Positions 59,820 through 64,000 of a stretch of 64,000 nt of DNA are shown here, piece after piece. Source of the stretch: a virus (taxonomy: Duplodnaviria; Caudoviricetes). Each line of letters begins with the position of its first letter. Within the stretch, counting starts at the first letter, position 1. Position numbers and translations under genes: made by a program. Under the pieces are notes generated by a model. It had not been told where the DNA came from and did no database searches. It worked only from the letters and a program-made list of their open reading frames with translations. The stretch lies in the IMG/VR virus record IMGVR_UViG_3300037249_001368, positions 64,001 to 128,000 of that record; one strand, written 5' to 3'.

Positions 59820-60677
59820 ATGTCAATATCGAAGTTCAAGGATTTTATCAAGAGATGTGTAACAGTTGTTGCGTCAAGAGAGTTTGCATTTATTTACTGC
59901 CTTTTAGGAACCTTTGGTGAAGTAGCGCATTGTTATTTTCTATTAGATTCAGTATCATCATTTAATGGTTTCTTCAAACATTTCCAAGCAGGGGTATTAT
60001 CATTATTCATATCTTCGTCACTGATGTATTTCGTTTCCATCTCGGATTCAAGTGATGAAGAAACAGAACAGAAGCGTATCAGAAGAGCAGTAAACCTGTT
60101 CATGGTTATGGAAATACTCATGAACATGTATTACTATTGTCAGCACCTTATCATAAAAGCAGAAACCATGAGGTTGTTTGATTTCATCTTCGGTACCGTA
60201 ATTTCATGTCTGATTCCTGTAACTATTAAATTGTACTCGAACTCCATTAAAGCCAAACAATGGATTAATGAAATCGAAAGTCAGCAATCGAATGACACTG
60301 AAAATGTAAATCAGCCTAATTCATCCCAAGAACCTGGTTTATCAAAAAGTGATGTCCAAGAAATTGTAAATGTCACAGTCCAAGAAAAAATCAAAGAAGT
60401 TGAGATACCAATTAACAAAGAACAAGTCCAAAAAACAATAGATGAGGTTTTAGATGAAAGATTAAAAGAAAAGACCGCTGAAGATGGGTATTCTGTTGAT
60501 GACTTATTGTTTGAAAGCAAGTTGAAAGCCATTGTCGAGGAGAAAGTCAATGAAGCATTGAGACAGAACCCAGACGTAAAAACAAAGGAACTTCTTAAGA
60601 GTCTCGTAATCGAACAGTTTGAGAAAATACAAAAATCCAACGAAGAATATATCGACAAAAAACTTGAAGAAAAATGA
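59820..60677 (+). CDS. Membrane protein (about 4 TM) with a coiled-coil tail
   Basis: Hydrophobic N-terminal half, charged C-terminal half. Confidence 0.7.
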   Translation: MSISKFKDFIKRCVTVVASREFAFIYCLLGTFGEVAHCYFLLDSVSSFNGFFKHFQAGVLSLFISSSLMYFVSISDSSDEETEQKRIRRAVNLFMVMEILMNMYYYCQHLIIKAETMRLFDFIFGTVISCLIPVTIKLYSNSIKAKQWINEIESQQSNDTENVNQPNSSQEPGLSKSDVQEIVNVTVQEKIKEVEIPINKEQVQKTIDEVLDERLKEKTAEDGYSVDDLLFESKLKAIVEEKVNEALRQNPDVKTKELLKSLVIEQFEKIQKSNEEYIDKKLEEK

Positions 60678-61624
60678 GCAACACCACACTTCTTGAAAAA
60701 TATGCTCCACGTGATTGGGATACTATAATCATTCCAGAGAAAGTTAAAAGTTCTTTGATGAACATAATTCAACAGAAAGGTTATCGTGTCCTGTTCTACG
60801 GTTCTCCCGGGAATGGGAAGACCAGTAGTTCTAAGATAATGTCAATGGGCGACAACGTCCTTTATTTATCAGGTTCCAACGATTTCAATGTCGAAACCTT
60901 GAGAAGTAAAGTAACTCCGTTTGCATCAGGCATGGCAGTTAAGGGTGTTACCAAAACCGTAATCATCGACGAGTTTGAAAACATCAGGGATAACGTCCAA
61001 GATGCTTTCAAAATTATCCTTGACAAGTGCAAAAACACCAACTTCATATTTTGCACCAATGAAGTTGAGAAAGTAAATTCTGCATTAAGAAGCCGTTGCA
61101 CCCAATTTGATTACGATTTTGTGTCATCAAATCTTGAGGAGCACAAGCGTAATTACATCAAATGGTTGGTCAACATCGTTAAAGACATAGCCGCTGAGTA
61201 TAAAATCAAAGCCACGAAAGAGGGCATCAATCTGCTTGTCAAGAACAATTTCCCCGACTTCAGACATACGCTCGTAACATTACAACAGGTCATTGATTCG
61301 GGGTCAGATATCACGGAAGAAGCCATTGCTTCCTGCTCAGATAACACCAAACAAATCGTGGAGTTATATGAGTTAGTCATGAACAATGCAGCATCAGGCG
61401 AAAAATTCTATCAAGAAGCCTGTGCATACAAATCACGTGAAAGGGAATGTTTGATGGCTTTGGGTGAGCCATTCTTCAAGTACTTAAATGACAACGGTCG
61501 TTGGGAGCAAGTCATTCCCGCAGCAGTGATTGTTGCCAAGTATTGCGACAACTACAACATGTCAATAAACAAGTTCGTGAGTTTTGTTTCTTGCATCAGC
61601 GAGTTAAAGACATTATTCAGATGA
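60674..61624 (+). CDS. Clamp loader large subunit (gp44/RFC-like AAA+)
   Basis: LEKYAP, Walker A GSPGNGKT, Walker B VIIDE, SRC motif ALRSRC, FPDFR. Confidence 0.9.
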   Translation: MSNTTLLEKYAPRDWDTIIIPEKVKSSLMNIIQQKGYRVLFYGSPGNGKTSSSKIMSMGDNVLYLSGSNDFNVETLRSKVTPFASGMAVKGVTKTVIIDEFENIRDNVQDAFKIILDKCKNTNFIFCTNEVEKVNSALRSRCTQFDYDFVSSNLEEHKRNYIKWLVNIVKDIAAEYKIKATKEGINLLVKNNFPDFRHTLVTLQQVIDSGSDITEEAIASCSDNTKQIVELYELVMNNAASGEKFYQEACAYKSRERECLMALGEPFFKYLNDNGRWEQVIPAAVIVAKYCDNYNMSINKFVSFVSCISELKTLFR

Positions 61625-62073
61625 ATTGTTTCTTTCATATTTTCTTATCGAGGGTCGCAACCCAAAATTCTTACATCAGGGATTGTGTTGCTTGGATAGA
61701 CCAAAACATCAAAGGCAACTTCCCATACAAGATTTACTTCTCTGATAAAAGATTAAATCTAAAGGACTTCAATGCCAATCTTAAGCCAGCCAATACCAAC
61801 ATCATTATGTGGGATTCTATGCTGGTAAAAGAAAACTTTGAAATTACGGAGTTGGGCGACGTCAATGTAATTTTTCTGAAGCACAAAACAGAAATTTTCA
61901 AAAACACTAAATCCAAAAACGAGGCGGTTGATGAAAATTTTCTGTTGTTCAATGGTTTCAAATGTGTGTATCTAAACCCCGATAAGAACGAAACGAATTA
62001 TCAATACGACACCATAATTTCCGAGGACAAATACATTTTTGATTTGTCGAAGTATACAAACAATAAAGCATGA
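61621..62073 (+). CDS. Hypothetical protein
   Basis: ATG at 61621 overlaps the gp44-like stop (ATGA). Confidence 0.7.
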   Translation: MNCFFHIFLSRVATQNSYIRDCVAWIDQNIKGNFPYKIYFSDKRLNLKDFNANLKPANTNIIMWDSMLVKENFEITELGDVNVIFLKHKTEIFKNTKSKNEAVDENFLLFNGFKCVYLNPDKNETNYQYDTIISEDKYIFDLSKYTNNKA

Positions 62074-62093
62074 ACATCTGAAAGATGTGAGTG
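62069..62093 (+). repeat. Post-stop hairpin element, copy 6
   Basis: CAT GA ACATCT GAA AGATGT GA GTG; the TGA stop (62071-62073) lies inside the element. Confidence 0.85.
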
Positions 62094-62119
62094 ATTAAAA
62101 ACCTAAACAATCATTAATC

Positions 62120-63340
62120 ATGACCAGATACTTAGCTATCGACGGCAACTATTTTGCCACAAGGTGTATCATGATTCTCAACCAAGGGGATAACGTGAAT
62201 AACCTTGAAACTGACTTAGAATGTCAGAATTATTATGAAGCCCTAAAAGTCCAATTCGCAAAGGTTTGGGACATTTTGGGCAGATACTGTGACAATGTGA
62301 TTTTCGTGGCTGATTCTTGGTCATGGCGCAAACAACTTAAACCCTATGTTCCTTTCTATGTCAAGAAGCAGATACAGGAGGAAGAAGGTGTGGAAATCAA
62401 CATTGAGTATAAAGGTCTGAGAAAGGAATACAAGGAGCAGTCCGACATTAATTACGACAACCTGTACAAAATCTTCGGTCAGTTTGTTGATATGATTTGG
62501 GACAAGATTCCTACATTCAGAGTTGATGGCCTCGAGGGTGATGACTTACTTTGTCTGTTGTCAAAGAAGATTAATCATGACCACGACCAATGTTGTATGT
62601 TTGCAACCGATAAGGACTTGACGCAACTCATTGACGGTGGCATGTTTATGTACACCAACACCAAGTCCAAGAGAAACCCCTACGGAGCATTCATCATTTC
62701 AAGAGAACTTTCAGATGCTTACATCCCCGAAAAACCAGACCCGCTGAAAATGTTGATGGCGAGAAACGGCGATGATGCCACTTTCAAGCAACTGCTCAAC
62801 ATTGACATGTATGACCGAATGAATACTATACAAAGGTCAATGACCAGCGGTATTGAGATTTCATCCCCGTACAAAACCATCCTTCTGAAGATTATATGTG
62901 GGGATAAATCCGATAACATTCTACCGTTGATTAGATGGCGTACCAATGAAAAAACATTCTCCGTCACAGAAAAAATGGTTGAGAGAGCTTTCCAAAACAT
63001 GATGGAGAACTTCAACGAAGGAACCGCAAAGATGATTCTCAACGATAACGACAGTGTCGTGGACCTGCTTGGCAATCTTATGATTATCACCAAGCAAAAA
63101 ACATCAATGACGAATCTTAGAGAACATTTCAATCATAACAGAAAACTCGTGGAGTTGGACCCCAAATACTTCCCCGAGGAATCTGTCACAAAGTTTGAAA
63201 CCCGCTATAAAGAACTTCTGCCTAAATTAAATCAAAATTTGGGTTATGAATACATAAGAGAGATTCTCAATTTGGCAACAGCCCAAATCAGTGACAAGGC
63301 AACTAACATCTTGAGAGACTCAATACCTGAAGACTTTTGA
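62120..63340 (+). CDS. rnh: T4 RNase H-like 5'-3' exonuclease/flap endonuclease
   Basis: IDGN, DSWSWRK, EYKGLR, EGDD, TDKDLTQL, GDKSDNI. Confidence 0.9.
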   Translation: MTRYLAIDGNYFATRCIMILNQGDNVNNLETDLECQNYYEALKVQFAKVWDILGRYCDNVIFVADSWSWRKQLKPYVPFYVKKQIQEEEGVEINIEYKGLRKEYKEQSDINYDNLYKIFGQFVDMIWDKIPTFRVDGLEGDDLLCLLSKKINHDHDQCCMFATDKDLTQLIDGGMFMYTNTKSKRNPYGAFIISRELSDAYIPEKPDPLKMLMARNGDDATFKQLLNIDMYDRMNTIQRSMTSGIEISSPYKTILLKIICGDKSDNILPLIRWRTNEKTFSVTEKMVERAFQNMMENFNEGTAKMILNDNDSVVDLLGNLMIITKQKTSMTNLREHFNHNRKLVELDPKYFPEESVTKFETRYKELLPKLNQNLGYEYIREILNLATAQISDKATNILRDSIPEDF

Positions 63341-63366
63341 TTTTCAAATATCATAATCATATCACA

Positions 63367-63873
63367 ATGGATTACAAAGAAATAACTTTTAAGGACCTCA
63401 AAATCTCAGAGGAGCAAGAACCGTACATCTACTCTATCGAGGGCCTGTTTGAGCAAAAAGTCTTCAGCAACGAAATCGAGCTTGTGCCTAAATGCACCAA
63501 ACGGTCCTTCTTGATTATGGACAACGAGAAGTACAACGAAACATATCTGAAAGATGTGTTCGAGGAATGGTACAAGGAACTCGATGACGAAACCAAGGCA
63601 AATGCAGCAGAAGTCGACTATTACTACACAGGCGACTTCAGACTCAGGATGCTGCTCACCAAACCGCACATTTTTGACATCAGGAAAGAATACACCGAAC
63701 AGGAAAAAACTTTGATGGAGCACCAAGTTCTTTCTCCAGTGATTCTATCATTCAATCCTAACAGTAATGTCATTGGCATTATCGAAGAACCGAGAATGGG
63801 CGTTATAACTAAGTTTGACATTCCAGACATTTTCAAATTTTTGCATGACGATTCAATAACATTGGACGACTAA
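63367..63873 (+). CDS. Hypothetical protein
   Basis: ORF 63337..63873; start is ATG 63367 or TTG 63337. Confidence 0.7.
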   Translation: MDYKEITFKDLKISEEQEPYIYSIEGLFEQKVFSNEIELVPKCTKRSFLIMDNEKYNETYLKDVFEEWYKELDDETKANAAEVDYYYTGDFRLRMLLTKPHIFDIRKEYTEQEKTLMEHQVLSPVILSFNPNSNVIGIIEEPRMGVITKFDIPDIFKFLHDDSITLDD

Positions 63874-64000
63874 TGGGAGCCAAGGAACAGCAATTTCAAG
63901 CATTTCAAGAGTTTCAGAAAGTATTTTTTACGAGCCCAGAAAGATTTTCAAGATACACTAATTTTGAGGTTAACAAGCATGCTTTCATTTTACTGACGAA
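63873..64000 (+). CDS. Hypothetical protein, 3'-truncated
   Basis: TAATG overlap; MGAKEQQFQAFQEFQKVFF... stays open to the window end. Confidence 0.55.
   Translation, partial: MGAKEQQFQAFQEFQKVFFTSPERFSRYTNFEVNKHAFILLT

Noticed and set aside
1144-62093. Hairpin element as a readthrough/SECIS-like or gene-fusing signal
   Set aside because: All three stop types occur, its frame relative to the stop differs in copies 1 and 6, and readthrough at copies 2, 3 and 5 meets another stop within about 13 codons without joining the next ORF.
1148-62093. Hairpin element as a CRISPR repeat or integron attC site
   Set aside because: Copies are kilobases apart with no spacer periodicity, they follow essential core genes, and no cas or integrase gene is in the window.

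Overview
This is a 64-kb segment of a large, T4-like (myovirus-type) jumbo phage genome. All credible genes are on the + strand, densely packed, in the standard genetic code. A Bacteroidota host is inferred from Shine-Dalgarno-less A-rich starts, a Bacteroides-type amidase and a 'GVATTSTNPGTP' domain. Virion genes (neck gp14-like, sheath, tube, tape measure, portal, prohead protease, scaffold, major capsid, gp4, gp2, gp15-like, baseplate parts) are interleaved with replication and transcription genes (split family-B DNA polymerase, probable clamp, clamp loader, gp32 SSB, UvsW, RNase H, gp55-like late sigma). An endolysin and one tRNA-Gln(UUG) are also present. The strongest unexplained signals are: (1) a dispersed, covarying hairpin, CAC-GA-ACATyy-GAA-rrATGT-GA-GTG, placed at gene stop codons in at least 6 copies; (2) a ~300-nt highly base-paired non-coding region just downstream of the tRNA; (3) a polB gene split in the fingers domain with two genes in between; (4) a palindromic site array at 4.8 kb; (5) a tail sheath carrying an Asp-box insert; (6) apparent GATC avoidance. 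All assignments are from motif recognition by eye; no database searches were run.
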